Positions 10,001-20,092 are shown, counted from the stretch's first letter. The stretch: 64,000 nucleotides of DNA from Myxococcota bacterium (GCA_965250285.1 OZ252299.1:4000001-4064000), one strand, 5' to 3'. Made by a program: numbers and translations. The notes: generated from the sequence alone by a model not told the origin.

Positions 10001-10444
10001 ATGGCAGGACCCCTGACGATGACGAAGGCCGAGCGCGAGGCGTTCCTGGCCGAGGTGCACGTGGGTGTGATCAGCATCGAGCGCGACGGCGCCGCGCCGC
10101 TCGCCGTGCCGATCTGGTACGACTACACACCTGATCTCGGCGTCTGGGTGCTGACCGAGCCGACGTCGCAGAAGGGCCAGGCGCTCGAGGCCGCCGGCCG
10201 GTTCTCGCTGTGCGCACAGGTCGAAGAGCCGCCCGGCTACCGCTACGTGAGCGTCTCGGGTCCGATCGTCGAGACACGTCCGGCGGATCGCGAGCGCGAC
10301 AGCCGACCGATGGCCCACCGCTACTTCGGCCCCGAGCTCGGCGACTGGTACGTCGAGAGCAACCCCGGCGCATCGAACGTGTACATCATGCAGCCCGAGC
10401 GCTGGTGGACGGTCGACTACCGCAAGCTCGCGCCCGGCAGCTGA
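10001..10444 (+). CDS. Pyridoxamine 5'-phosphate oxidase-like split-barrel protein (PPOX class)
   Basis: MTKAEREAFLAEVHVGVISI...PLAVPIWY...YRYVSVSG; AGGAG SD before ATG 10001. Confidence 0.85.
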   Translation: MAGPLTMTKAEREAFLAEVHVGVISIERDGAAPLAVPIWYDYTPDLGVWVLTEPTSQKGQALEAAGRFSLCAQVEEPPGYRYVSVSGPIVETRPADRERDSRPMAHRYFGPELGDWYVESNPGASNVYIMQPERWWTVDYRKLAPGS

Positions 10445-10457
10445 GCCGCCGCCCGTC

Positions 10458-12161
10458 TCAGGCGCTGCGGTCGAAGATCGAGCGACCGATCGCGAGCGCG
10501 GTCGCCGGCTCGGCGCCGAAGGCCTGCAGCGTGTCCCACGCATCCTGATTCGGATCGACGCGGTAGCTCGACGGTCGGGGGCCGACGCGCTTCGGGCACC
10601 ACCACGAGTGCAGCATCAGCGGCAGGTTGAACCCGGGCGCCGTGGCGCTGGCGATGGGCCCGCGCTCGATCGCACCCGCGTCGAAGAGGTCGATCGACTT
10701 GTCCCCGTCGCGGTGCACGAAGACGAGCACGTAGCCGTCGGTATCGTGCCGACAGCCTTCGCGCGGCACGAACGTTGGCGGATGCGGGAACGCACCGTCT
10801 TCGTACGCATAGACCTCGGCCACGCGCGGTTCGTCGAGCTCGAAGCGCGCGAGCGCGCCGGGGATCGGCGCGCCGGGAAAGTCCCGCGGCGCGACGAACA
10901 CGTTCTCGTGCACCTCGGCGTAGGTCCGCCACCAGCGCTCGCTGATCAGCGCCGGATCGTGTCCGGTGCCGGTGACCCAGAGATTGCCCGGGCGCTCACG
11001 CGATCCGGCCAGGTGATGATTCTGCGTGAAGAGCGCGCCGCCCCAGAAGCGCTCGGTGTCGACCGCCACCTTCGCGCTCACGACCTTGCCCGACTCGACG
11101 TCGATCTCGTAGCGACCGACGCCGGTCGGCTGATTGCCGATCTCGGGCAGCCCCTCGTAGTCGGCGTCGATCAGGTCGCCCGTGAAGTGACCGCGATCGC
11201 CGGGCTCGAGGCCGGCGCCGAGGTCGGTCATCGGGTGATGGGTCACGAAGAGCGTCAGCGTCTGACCGTCGTCGCCGTAGTCGACCGCCATGTGACCGCC
11301 CATCATCGGCACCACGAGGTGCTGGGTCGGTACCGCCGAGCCTGGCGGCGTCGCCGCGAGGTCGGCCTTGCGCACGATCCACACGTTCGTGTGATCGCCG
11401 ACCGCGCGGCGGGCCTGTGCGGGATCGGCGCCAAACGGCTCGACGACGAACGGCAGGTCGCTCACGACGACGAAGCTGCGCGTCACCTTGACGTCGTGGA
11501 TCGAGTCGAAGTGCGGCACGTCCTCGATGCGCCAGTGCTCGATCTCGCCTTCGAGATCCCAGCGGCAGATGCGAATGTGGCGATCGGGCGACAGCGGGAT
11601 GTTCTGGTAGTTCGCGAAGAAGAGCGCGTTTTCGTCCCAGTCGTTCCCCGGATGCGCTGCGACGGCGACCATCGGCTCGACGGGTGCGGGCAGCGTGACC
11701 AGCCATTCGGCGTTCGCGCCGACCGGCGTCACGACCTCGAGCGTCTCGGGATCGACCTCGACCGGGCGCCCGACGTCGTAGCCGAGAAAGAGTCGGTCGC
11801 CGATCGACTGAACGTTCGTGTTCGCGAAGTTCGTGAACCCGAAGGGCGAGACCTCCTGCACGCCGCTTCGCCGGAAGAGACCCGGCTGCGCGTCGCGCAG
11901 CTTCGAGATCGGTGTCTCGACGCGTCGCAGGTCCATCGGGATGCGGCCGCTCGCGTCGGGGCGCACGCCGATGCGACAGAGCACGCCCTGCCCGGTGAAC
12001 CAATGACCGCCCGGCTCACTGCGCTCGGGACCGACGTTGAACAGCCAGCCATCGATGTCATCGGGCCATGCGCCCGAGACCTCGAGATCAAAGCGGCCTT
12101 CACCGGTCCCGCGAAAGAGATTGCGCGTCAGCGTCGCCACGTGCGCAGAGGGGCTAGGCAC
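10458..12161 (-). CDS. Carotenoid oxygenase (RPE65/CCD) family protein
   Basis: V.G.WP.DIDGWLF.VGP start, NFANTNV, PVEVDPETLE, and four candidate Fe-binding His (AAHP, SIHD, GGHM, MLHS). Confidence 0.85.
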   Translation of the reverse strand: MPSPSAHVATLTRNLFRGTGEGRFDLEVSGAWPDDIDGWLFNVGPERSEPGGHWFTGQGVLCRIGVRPDASGRIPMDLRRVETPISKLRDAQPGLFRRSGVQEVSPFGFTNFANTNVQSIGDRLFLGYDVGRPVEVDPETLEVVTPVGANAEWLVTLPAPVEPMVAVAAHPGNDWDENALFFANYQNIPLSPDRHIRICRWDLEGEIEHWRIEDVPHFDSIHDVKVTRSFVVVSDLPFVVEPFGADPAQARRAVGDHTNVWIVRKADLAATPPGSAVPTQHLVVPMMGGHMAVDYGDDGQTLTLFVTHHPMTDLGAGLEPGDRGHFTGDLIDADYEGLPEIGNQPTGVGRYEIDVESGKVVSAKVAVDTERFWGGALFTQNHHLAGSRERPGNLWVTGTGHDPALISERWWRTYAEVHENVFVAPRDFPGAPIPGALARFELDEPRVAEVYAYEDGAFPHPPTFVPREGCRHDTDGYVLVFVHRDGDKSIDLFDAGAIERGPIASATAPGFNLPLMLHSWWCPKRVGPRPSSYRVDPNQDAWDTLQAFGAEPATALAIGRSIFDRSA

Positions 12162-12426
12162 CGCTCGAAGGCGGAGCAGCCTCCCCGTCGAGTCCCTCTT
12201 CGAGCGGCTTCCAGTGGAAGAGCCCGTAGATCAGCGTCTGCACGAAGTGATGGCCCATCGAGCCACCCGCGCGCTCGAACACCGGTCGCTTCCAGACGAA
12301 CTCGACGACGTGGGCGACGAGCGTGATCACGAAGGCCCACTTGCCGACCGTCGCGATCATGCCGCTGCCGAGAAACCATGCCGCCGCGGAGGCGACCCAG
12401 AAGATCCAGATACCCTGCTTCTGCAT
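12154..12426 (-). CDS. Small membrane protein (DUF1145-like)
   Basis: 90 aa, hydrophobic, LVAHVVE and HHFVQTLIYGLFHWKP; its stop overlaps the oxygenase start. Confidence 0.6.
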   Translation of the reverse strand: MQKQGIWIFWVASAAAWFLGSGMIATVGKWAFVITLVAHVVEFVWKRPVFERAGGSMGHHFVQTLIYGLFHWKPLEEGLDGEAAPPSSGA

Positions 12427-12583
12427 GCTCGAACGGGTAGCGTGACGGCCCGGGGGCAGCCACCCGCCGATCGCGCCCGACCGGCGCAGCCCCGACGTGA
12501 ACACACCCCATTCGCCGCCCCGCATCCCGCGGGTCAAGCGCCCCGCTGCGGCCAACCCATCGAGGTCGACGACTCGGAGGGCC

Positions 12584-13630
12584 TCAGGCGCTCTCCTGCT
12601 TCACGAGCTCGACCCCACGACCGAGCATGTCGAGGCGGTCGCCTTCGCTGCGACCCGTCGGGTGCAGCATCAGCTCGTCGATGCCGACGTCGCGGTAGCT
12701 GCGGATGCGCTCGCGCACCCGGGCCTCGTCGCCGATCAGCGTCGTCTGCCACACCATCTCGTCGGGCACCGCGGCCGCAGCGCCCGCGCGGTCGCCCGAG
12801 AGCCAGATGTCGCGCACCTCGGTGCACGCCTGCTCGAAGCCGCTGCGCGCATAGGCATCGTTGTAGAAGTTGACGGTGGGTGAGCCCATCGCCGAGAGCT
12901 GGAACGCGATCATCGGCTTCTGGCTCTGGATCAACGGCTCGGGATCGTCGGTGATCGCCACCGTCACGTTGACGCACAGCGAGAGGTCCGCCAGCGACCG
13001 GCCGGCCTTGTCGGCGCCGCGTCGCAGATGCTCGAGGTGGGCCTCGGCCGCATCGGGCGTGAACGACGTACCGAGCCAGCCGTCGGCAAGCTCGCCGGTC
13101 AGCTCGAGCGCCCGCGGCGTGAGCGTCGCCAGATGGATCGGCACGTCGACCGGCGGGAGCGCGAGTCGCAGCGCCTTGCCCTGTCCGCCGGGGCGGGGCA
13201 GCGAGAACGCGCGCCCCTCGTAGGCGAGCTTCTCGCCGCGCGAGGCCAGCCGTACGATGTCGATCGTCTCGCGCATGCGCGTGAGGGGCCGATCGAAAGG
13301 CTGGGCGTGCAGGCCCTCGACCACCTGGGGCCCCGAGTTGCCGAGCCCGAGGATGAAGCGCCCGCCGGTCACGGTATCCATGCTGAGCGCCGTCATCGCC
13401 GTCGAAGCGGGCGTGCGCGCGCAGACCTGCATGATGCCCGTGCCCAGCTCGAGCCGCGTGGTGCGGGCGGCGATGAACGCGAGCGGGGTCACCGCGTCCA
13501 TGCCCCAGGCCTCGGCGCTCCAGGCGCGGTCGACGCCGAGCTTCTCGGCTTCGACGCTGAGCTGCACGATCGACTCGAAGTGTTCTCGGCCGCCCGTGTT
13601 CGGTCCGCCCACGCGAATCGACGTCTTCAT
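12584..13630 (-). CDS. LLM-class (probably F420-dependent) oxidoreductase
   Basis: AEKLG...WSAEAWGMDAVTPLAFIAA.T, GRFILGLGNSGPQVVEGLH, ELTGELADGW; start ATG 13630. Confidence 0.88.
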   Translation of the reverse strand: MKTSIRVGGPNTGGREHFESIVQLSVEAEKLGVDRAWSAEAWGMDAVTPLAFIAARTTRLELGTGIMQVCARTPASTAMTALSMDTVTGGRFILGLGNSGPQVVEGLHAQPFDRPLTRMRETIDIVRLASRGEKLAYEGRAFSLPRPGGQGKALRLALPPVDVPIHLATLTPRALELTGELADGWLGTSFTPDAAEAHLEHLRRGADKAGRSLADLSLCVNVTVAITDDPEPLIQSQKPMIAFQLSAMGSPTVNFYNDAYARSGFEQACTEVRDIWLSGDRAGAAAAVPDEMVWQTTLIGDEARVRERIRSYRDVGIDELMLHPTGRSEGDRLDMLGRGVELVKQESA

Positions 13631-13756
13631 GGTGCTCTCCCTGAGTGGCGCGACGGCGTGCAGTGCGTGCGCCGGCGCGGGCAGTTCGAGCCTACCGCAG
13701 CCCGGCCGGCGCCACGCGGCGGCGCAGGCCTGCGCGCAGCGCTCTATCCTCGCAGC

Positions 13757-14605
13757 ATGATCCGACGACACTACGGGTTCCTCGAGGTGCTCGACGCACC
13801 CGTCCCGGAAGCGGCCGCCCAGCTCGAAGCCGATGGATTCGCCGTGCTCGAGCAGGTCTTCGATGGCGACGCAGTGGCCGAGCTGGCGCGCGAGATCGAT
13901 GCCGTCTTCGACGCCGAGCCGATCGACGACCGGCCGGCGCGGCTCAAGACGCCCGAGCACGATCAGCACCGCTACGCGATGTTGAACCGGAGCGCCGCGT
14001 GCCAGCGCGCGATCGCCCACCCGCGCATCCTCGAGACGATCGAGCCCCTGCTCGGCGCCGACTGTCACGTGATCGCGAACACCGCCTGGCGCAACCCGTC
14101 GGGGGTCGATGGATCCGACGAAAGCGACATCTGGCACATCGACGCGGGGCCGCACGTGCCGCGGCCCGAGGGCACGGCCTGGCCCGACGAGATCCCGTAC
14201 CCGGTCTTCGCGATCGGCTGCCACATTCTGCTGATCGACTCGCGGCTCGAAGACGGGCCCACGGCGGTGATCCCCGGCTCGCACCGGTCGGGGCAGCACC
14301 CGCCCTTCGATCACCTGAAGGATGCAGCCCTCGAGTGGCAAGGCGAGGCGTGTCGCCCCCTACTCGGTCGCTCGGGCGACGTCGTGCTGTTCGTGTCGGA
14401 CGTCTGGCACCGACGCATGCCGACGCAGGCGGGGGAGCACGGCCGGTTCTTCCTGCAGGCGCACTACGGCCGACGCGACCTGGCGCAGCGGCTGTGCACG
14501 ACCGCCGAGGTCAACCAGGTCAGCGACGAAGCGACCGCTCGCGCCGCGTCGAAGCGCGACCGCACGCTGATCGGCTTGCACGCGCCCGGCTTCTACGACG
14601 GCTGA
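13757..14605 (+). CDS. PhyH-family Fe(II)/2-oxoglutarate dioxygenase
   Basis: WHID...GPTAVIPGSH...GDVVLF.SDVWHR (HxD...H triad); TATCCT 6 nt before the ATG. Confidence 0.85.
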   Translation: MIRRHYGFLEVLDAPVPEAAAQLEADGFAVLEQVFDGDAVAELAREIDAVFDAEPIDDRPARLKTPEHDQHRYAMLNRSAACQRAIAHPRILETIEPLLGADCHVIANTAWRNPSGVDGSDESDIWHIDAGPHVPRPEGTAWPDEIPYPVFAIGCHILLIDSRLEDGPTAVIPGSHRSGQHPPFDHLKDAALEWQGEACRPLLGRSGDVVLFVSDVWHRRMPTQAGEHGRFFLQAHYGRRDLAQRLCTTAEVNQVSDEATARAASKRDRTLIGLHAPGFYDG

Positions 14606-14624
14606 GACGCGCCCCGCGCCCGCT

Positions 14625-15737
14625 TCACGCGTTCGCGTCGGCCGGCTCTTCGACGAAGCCCTTCCAGCCCGACATGTAGCCGAGGAACGCCTCACCGAGG
14701 CCCTGCTCGCGCAGATAGTCGGCGCTGACCGGCACGGCCACGCTCGCGAAGTCGGCGTCGGCTTCGAGGCGCTTCGGGAAGTCGTGATGGAGGATGCCGG
14801 CGCGGCCGAGCAGCACGAAGTCGACACCCGCGCCGAGGCACGCGCGCACGTCGGCTCCGCTCATGATCTTGCCCGCGACCCCGAGCCGCACACCGCCTCG
14901 ATCGATCGCCGTGAAGTGATCGAGCAGCTTGGTCCCGGCGTAGGCCTCTTCGGCCGGCTCCTTGAACACGTCCCAGAGCGACATGTCGAGGAAGTCGATG
15001 CGCGCCTCGTCGCAGAGGCGCGTCGCCACCTCGACGGATTCGGCCAGCGTGATGCCGAACCGCTCGGCCGAGAGGCGCACGCCGACGATGAAGTCGGGGC
15101 GGCAGCGCGCCCGTACGCCCTCGACGATCTCGAAGAGCAGGCGCGCGCGGTTCTCGAGCGAGCCGCCATACTGATCCTCGCGCTGGTTGATCTCGGCCGA
15201 GAGATACTGGCAGACGATGTAGCCATGGGCGCCGTGGATCTCGACCCCGTCGAAGCCGGCGCGTTCGGCTCGCACCGCAGCGGCGATGAAGTCTTCGATG
15301 AGCGCTTCGGTCTCTTCGAGCGACAGGGCCCGGGCGCCGGTCTCTTCGTTGTCCGACGGACAGACCGGCGTCGCACCGACCAGATCCGCCGGCGATCGCA
15401 TGCCCGCGTGGTGCAACTGCGCGAGCGCCACGCTGCCGTTGTCTCGAATCTCCTTCGCGAGGCGGGTCAGGCCTTCGAGGTGCTCGTCACCGAAGATGCC
15501 GAGCTGGCCTGGAAAGCCCTGCCCCACGGCCTGCACGTGCGCCGCGCAAGTCATGACGCTGCCGAAGCCGCCGTGCGCGCGCATCGTCAGCCAGCGGTAC
15601 TCGTCATCGCTGAGGGTGCCGTCGGAATGACTCTGCAGGTTGGTCAGCGGCGCGAGCATGACGCGGTTCGGCATCGCCGGACCGTGGGCGAACGAGAGCG
15701 GCGCGAAGGGCGTGGGCGTGGGCGGAGATGCAGTCAA
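14625..15737 (-). CDS. NADH:flavin oxidoreductase (old yellow enzyme family)
   Basis: NRVMLAPLT, QLHHAG, AGFDGVEIHGAHGY, R.DQYGGSLENRAR; start uncertain (TTG 15737 or GTG 15803). Confidence 0.9.
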   Translation of the reverse strand: MTASPPTPTPFAPLSFAHGPAMPNRVMLAPLTNLQSHSDGTLSDDEYRWLTMRAHGGFGSVMTCAAHVQAVGQGFPGQLGIFGDEHLEGLTRLAKEIRDNGSVALAQLHHAGMRSPADLVGATPVCPSDNEETGARALSLEETEALIEDFIAAAVRAERAGFDGVEIHGAHGYIVCQYLSAEINQREDQYGGSLENRARLLFEIVEGVRARCRPDFIVGVRLSAERFGITLAESVEVATRLCDEARIDFLDMSLWDVFKEPAEEAYAGTKLLDHFTAIDRGGVRLGVAGKIMSGADVRACLGAGVDFVLLGRAGILHHDFPKRLEADADFASVAVPVSADYLREQGLGEAFLGYMSGWKGFVEEPADANA

Positions 15738-15949
15738 CGGGCTCGAGACCTCGGTCTGGGGTGGAAGGGCGGGGCCCGAGCCTCCGACGGGGGCCGGGCG
15801 CACGGGGTAGAATGCCAGATGACCCGCCGAAGTTTCGCGGGGGGCCGGATCGGATGCGTCGCGCGTCCCCGGCCGCTGGGTGAGCCCGGCGCGTGTCCCG
15901 AGAGCCGGGGGCGGGCCCGAACACGCCCCGAAACCGAGGAGACGAGCTC

Positions 15950-16561
15950 ATGGGCCTCCGCACCTGGCTGAAGCCGCGCATCCAGGAGGTCGTGATGCGC
16001 GCCCTCAACGAGCACCGCCCCGACACGATCCGGCTGGCCTCGGGCGAGGTGCTCGAGGTCGGCTTCGGCACGGCGCTCAATCTTCGATACTACGGCGACG
16101 AGGTCCGCAACGTGACGGGGCTCGACCCGATGCCCACCGACGGCGTGCCGGTGGTCGAAGACCGCATCGCCGAGGCACCCTTCCCGGTCGAGCGCACGAC
16201 CCTGCGCGCCGACGGCGACCTGCCCTTCGACGCGGGTCGCTTCGACACGATCGTCACCACGTGGACGCTCTGCTCGATTCCCGACGCCGCCGCCGCCCTC
16301 GCCGAGATGCGCCGCGTGCTGAAGCCCGGTGGACGCTACGTGTTCATCGAGCACGGGCGGAGCGACGAGAGCAGCACCGCACGCTGGCAGGATCGGCTCG
16401 ACCCGATCTGGACGCGCATCGCCGATGGCTGCCACATCAACCGCAAGATGGACCGTCTCGTCGAAGACAGCGGCTTCGAGCTGCAGTCGATGGATCGCTT
16501 CCTGGGCGACGGCCCCGCCATTCTGACCACGCTCTATCGCGGCGTGGCGACCCGCTCGTGA
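15950..16561 (+). CDS. Class I SAM-dependent methyltransferase
   Basis: VLEVGFGTALNL, LPFDAGRFDTIV, EMRRVLKPGG, EHG. Confidence 0.9.
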   Translation: MGLRTWLKPRIQEVVMRALNEHRPDTIRLASGEVLEVGFGTALNLRYYGDEVRNVTGLDPMPTDGVPVVEDRIAEAPFPVERTTLRADGDLPFDAGRFDTIVTTWTLCSIPDAAAALAEMRRVLKPGGRYVFIEHGRSDESSTARWQDRLDPIWTRIADGCHINRKMDRLVEDSGFELQSMDRFLGDGPAILTTLYRGVATRS

Positions 16562-17001
16562 GCGCAGCGCCCACGTCAGGCTCGGGCGGCGCCCTGCGCG
16601 CCGAACGCGAGCGCATCGTCCGTCAGCACATGCAGGCCGAGAACGAGCTCGACTTCGACGCGGTGATCGACACGTTCGACCACCCGAGATACGAGCTGAT
16701 CGCGACGGGCCGCACCTTCGACGGCGAGGCCGAGGTCCGCGCGTACTTCGCAGAGTCTCGAGGCGCGTTCCCCGATCAGCGGAACGAGCTGATCTCGCTG
16801 CGGCATGCCGACGACGCGGTGATCGTCGAGTTCTGGCTGCGCGGCACGCACGAAGGACCGCTCGGTCGACTCGCACCGACCGGGCGCCGCTTCGAGTGCC
16901 AGATGACGGCCTTCTTCGTCTTCGAAGGCACGAAGATCGTTCGCGAACGGGTGTACTGGGATACCGCGACGATGCTGCGACAGCTCACGGGCGACGCGTA
17001 G
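16558..17001 (+). CDS. SnoaL-like ester cyclase / NTF2-family protein
   Basis: AFPD...VEFWLRGTHEG...PTGR...ERVYWD; GTGA overlap with the methyltransferase stop. Confidence 0.8.
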   Translation: MSAAPTSGSGGALRAERERIVRQHMQAENELDFDAVIDTFDHPRYELIATGRTFDGEAEVRAYFAESRGAFPDQRNELISLRHADDAVIVEFWLRGTHEGPLGRLAPTGRRFECQMTAFFVFEGTKIVRERVYWDTATMLRQLTGDA

Positions 17002-17013
17002 CGCCCTGCGACC

Positions 17014-18354
17014 TCACGGGTCGGACAGCTGCCGGAACGCCTCCGACGGCGGACGCGCCGCGTCGCGCGGGAACGTATCGCCCATCGCCTTCAGCCAGTC
17101 GTAGAGCGCCTTCATGTGCGGACCGATGATGCCCTTGCCCGTCGTCAGCAAGGCGACCGAGATCGCCCGCTCAGGATCGGCCCAGCCGAAGACGTTCGAC
17201 AGGCCGAGGTGTCCGAAGGCGAACGGGTTGTCGCGACCGAAGAGACTCAGATTCTTTCCGCCGAGCATGAAGCCGAGCCCGTAGCGAATCGGAATGCCGA
17301 GCGTGAAGTCGATCTCCCAGATCGCCTGCTCGGCGGTCGCGCGCCGGACGGTGCGCGGCTCGAAGACGCGCTTGCCCTGCCACTCCCCGCTCTGAAGCAG
17401 GCACTGATAGAAGACCGAGAGCTCGTCGGCCGTTGCGCAGGTGTTCGCCGACGGAATCACCCCTTCGAGAAAGCGTCGATCGTTCGACAGCTCGACGACG
17501 TCGGGCAGGTTCAGCCCGAGCGCGCGCTGCAAGATCTGCTTGAGCGGCGGCACGACCGGCAGACCGGTGAACGCGTTGACCGCGACCCGGTCGACATCGT
17601 CGGGACGCACCCCAAAGCTCATGGTGCGCGCGCCGAGCGGCTGACCGATCTCATTGTCATACACATGGCGGATGTCGTGCCCCGTCACGCGTTGCACGAC
17701 CTCGGCCAGAATGAAGCCGCCAGTCACCGCGTGATACGCGAGCGCGCGCCCGGGGCGCGAGACCAGATCGGCCTCACAGAGCAGATCGACGACGTCGCCC
17801 GGCCGGCCGAGCAGGTCGAGATCGATCGCCTCTCGCGGCAGGTTGGGGACGCCGGCGCGGTGCGAGAGCACGTGGCGCAGCGTGATGAGGTGCTTGCCGC
17901 CCCTCGAGAACTCGGGGATGTAGTCGCAGACCCGATCGTCGAGGCGCAGCACGTTCGCCTCGTCGAGCTTGTGGATCACCATCGCACTCACCGCCTTCGA
18001 GGCCGAGAACAGACACAGCGGGGTCTGCACGGTGACGGGCGTCTTCGGCCCGGTCGGCGGGTCGTCGGGGCCGCCGCCCGACGCGTAGCCGATTGCGCGG
18101 TGCAGTACGCGGCGGCCGTTGTGTCGCACGCAGATCGCGAGCGCCGGGTGCGCGCCCGAGCGGTAGATCTCGCGGGTCGTCCGCCAGAGCGCTTCGACCT
18201 CGCGCCGGGTGATGCCGTGCGGCTCGTCCTCTTCGCCGAAGTCGGTGACGCGGTCGAGGTCGCCGGGGACCGGGCAGCGCCGATCGAATCGCGGACGCCA
18301 GGCCGGCGGCCAGGCGAAGCCTCGGCCAGTCGAGCGATGGGTCGCGTCCGTCAT
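17014..18354 (-). CDS. Beta-lactamase-family serine hydrolase (LipE-like esterase)
   Basis: FSASK (SxxK), LSHRAG, YHAVTGG, FGHLG, WADPE. Confidence 0.88.
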   Translation of the reverse strand: MTDATHRSTGRGFAWPPAWRPRFDRRCPVPGDLDRVTDFGEEDEPHGITRREVEALWRTTREIYRSGAHPALAICVRHNGRRVLHRAIGYASGGGPDDPPTGPKTPVTVQTPLCLFSASKAVSAMVIHKLDEANVLRLDDRVCDYIPEFSRGGKHLITLRHVLSHRAGVPNLPREAIDLDLLGRPGDVVDLLCEADLVSRPGRALAYHAVTGGFILAEVVQRVTGHDIRHVYDNEIGQPLGARTMSFGVRPDDVDRVAVNAFTGLPVVPPLKQILQRALGLNLPDVVELSNDRRFLEGVIPSANTCATADELSVFYQCLLQSGEWQGKRVFEPRTVRRATAEQAIWEIDFTLGIPIRYGLGFMLGGKNLSLFGRDNPFAFGHLGLSNVFGWADPERAISVALLTTGKGIIGPHMKALYDWLKAMGDTFPRDAARPPSEAFRQLSDP

Positions 18355-18481
18355 GGGCGGGCCTCCCGGTCGCCCGTGGGCGACCCCCTGCTCGCGTCGG
18401 GCGCGAGCGCACGGGGCCCTTGATTGTACCGGTTGCGGCGCAGTGTGACCGGGCTCGGCCGTGCGGGGCCTGCGCGCCCGC

Positions 18482-19129
18482 TCAGTCGCTCGGGGGCACG
18501 TAGCGCTCGGGGTCGAGCACCGGCCAGATGAACGCGTCGAAGAGCTGGCGCACCGTCGCCGGGTCGGACGTATCGAAGACGGGGCTGGTCTGGAATCGCC
18601 ACGAGACCGCGAGGCGACCGAGCCACTCGGCGATCCAGTCGGACGGGAGCGGCGCGATCCAGCCCTGCGACTTCCAGTGGTCGAGCATCTCCCGCTCGGC
18701 GCTGACGATACCGCCGAGCAGAAAGTCGGCCCGAATGGTGACGTAGGGCAGCACGAGCTCGGGGTCGTTCTCGACGAGCGCCGCGATGACGGGCTTGCGG
18801 TAGAACTTGCACACCGTGAACTCGGTCAGCTCACAGAGCACGTCGTGCGCCGGGTTCTCGCCCTCGGGCGTGCGCGCGAAGATCTCGCGCACGCGCTCGA
18901 ACAGCTCGGCGTAGTAGAGCGACAGCTCGCGCTGGATGAAGGCCTGCAGCAGCTCATCGCGTGAGCCGTAGTACCGATAGACGGTCATCCGCGTCACGCC
19001 GGCTGCGCGGGCGATGTCGACCATCGACGTGGCCTTGACACCCTTGGTCGCCAGAGAGCGCTCGACGGCGTCGAGGATGCGATCGGCGGTCTCGGAGCGC
19101 TGGGCGTCCCGTTCACCGTCATTCGTCAC
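18482..19129 (-). CDS. TetR/AcrR regulator (paralog A)
   Basis: RILDAVE...TSMVDIARAAGVTRMTVYRYYGSR HTH; GTG 19129 chosen by analogy with paralog B and the GGAG SD. Confidence 0.9.
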   Translation of the reverse strand: MTNDGERDAQRSETADRILDAVERSLATKGVKATSMVDIARAAGVTRMTVYRYYGSRDELLQAFIQRELSLYYAELFERVREIFARTPEGENPAHDVLCELTEFTVCKFYRKPVIAALVENDPELVLPYVTIRADFLLGGIVSAEREMLDHWKSQGWIAPLPSDWIAEWLGRLAVSWRFQTSPVFDTSDPATVRQLFDAFIWPVLDPERYVPPSD

Positions 19130-19281
19130 CGCATCGTCTCCCCGTCCCAAGGCCGAACCTGGACACTACCGGCTCGAGGGGGGTCGCCGCCGCCCCTCGC
19201 CAGAGGGGCCGTCGATTTTCCGAATTCGATCGAGGTGAAGCCGATCGACCCATCCGCGCTCGAGCGGGCTGACGATTGGGC

Positions 19282-19932
19282 TCAGTCGCCGCCCGCGGGT
19301 TGCCGCTCGGGGTCGAGCACCGGCCAGATGAACGTGTCGAAGAGCTGGCGCGCGGTCGACGGGTCGGACGTATCGAAGACCGGACTGGTCTGAAATCGCC
19401 AGGAGAGCAGGAGCCGCCCGGCCCAATCGGAAATCCAGTCCGAGGGGATCGGCGCGATCAGACCGCGCTCACGCCACTGGTCGAAGTACACCCGCTGCGC
19501 CTTGACGACTCCGGTCAAGACGAAGTCGGCATTCGTCGTGATGGCCGGAAGGGTGATGTCGGGGTCGTTCTCGATGAGCGCCGCGACGATCGGCTTGTGG
19601 AGGAACTTGCTCAGCGAGTACTCGAAAATCTCCCCCAACACGACTCGGGCCTCGTTCTCGCCGTTGCGCAGTCCTGAAGCGAGCTTCTGCGCCCGCGCGA
19701 TCACGTTCGTGTAGTAGAAGCCCATCTCGCGCTCGATGAACGCCCGGAGCAGCGCCTCGCGCGAACCGTAGTAGCGATAGACGGTCATGCGCGTCACGCC
19801 GGCGGCGCGCGCGATGTCGGCCATCGACGTGGCGCGAATCCCGTTCTTCGAGAGGGCATCCTCGACGGCGTCGAGAATGCGATCGGCGGTTGCCGGGCGC
19901 GGCAGCGCCGGTTCGCCGACGTCGGTCGTCAT
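19282..19932 (-). CDS. TetR/AcrR regulator (paralog B)
   Basis: RILDAVE...TSMADIARAAGVTRMTVYRYYGSR; C-terminus SWRFQTSPVFDTSDP shared with paralog A. Confidence 0.9.
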   Translation of the reverse strand: MTTDVGEPALPRPATADRILDAVEDALSKNGIRATSMADIARAAGVTRMTVYRYYGSREALLRAFIEREMGFYYTNVIARAQKLASGLRNGENEARVVLGEIFEYSLSKFLHKPIVAALIENDPDITLPAITTNADFVLTGVVKAQRVYFDQWRERGLIAPIPSDWISDWAGRLLLSWRFQTSPVFDTSDPSTARQLFDTFIWPVLDPERQPAGGD

Positions 19933-20092
19933 CGCATGGTCTCCCCGACCCACACCCCGCAGACACACTACCCGTTGTCGGCACGCGCCGTTGGGCGAAA
20001 TCACCGAGCGCCGGAGATTTTCCAAATTCGGAAACACGCAGTCGATGCGCAGGTCGGCAGCCCGGTTATGCGAACTGCAGACCGAAGCATCG

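Noticed and set aside
19935..20092. Possible rnpB or other ncRNA after the zinc-ribbon gene
   Set aside because: Only ~160 bp, no RNase P consensus, and explained by the tetR promoter.
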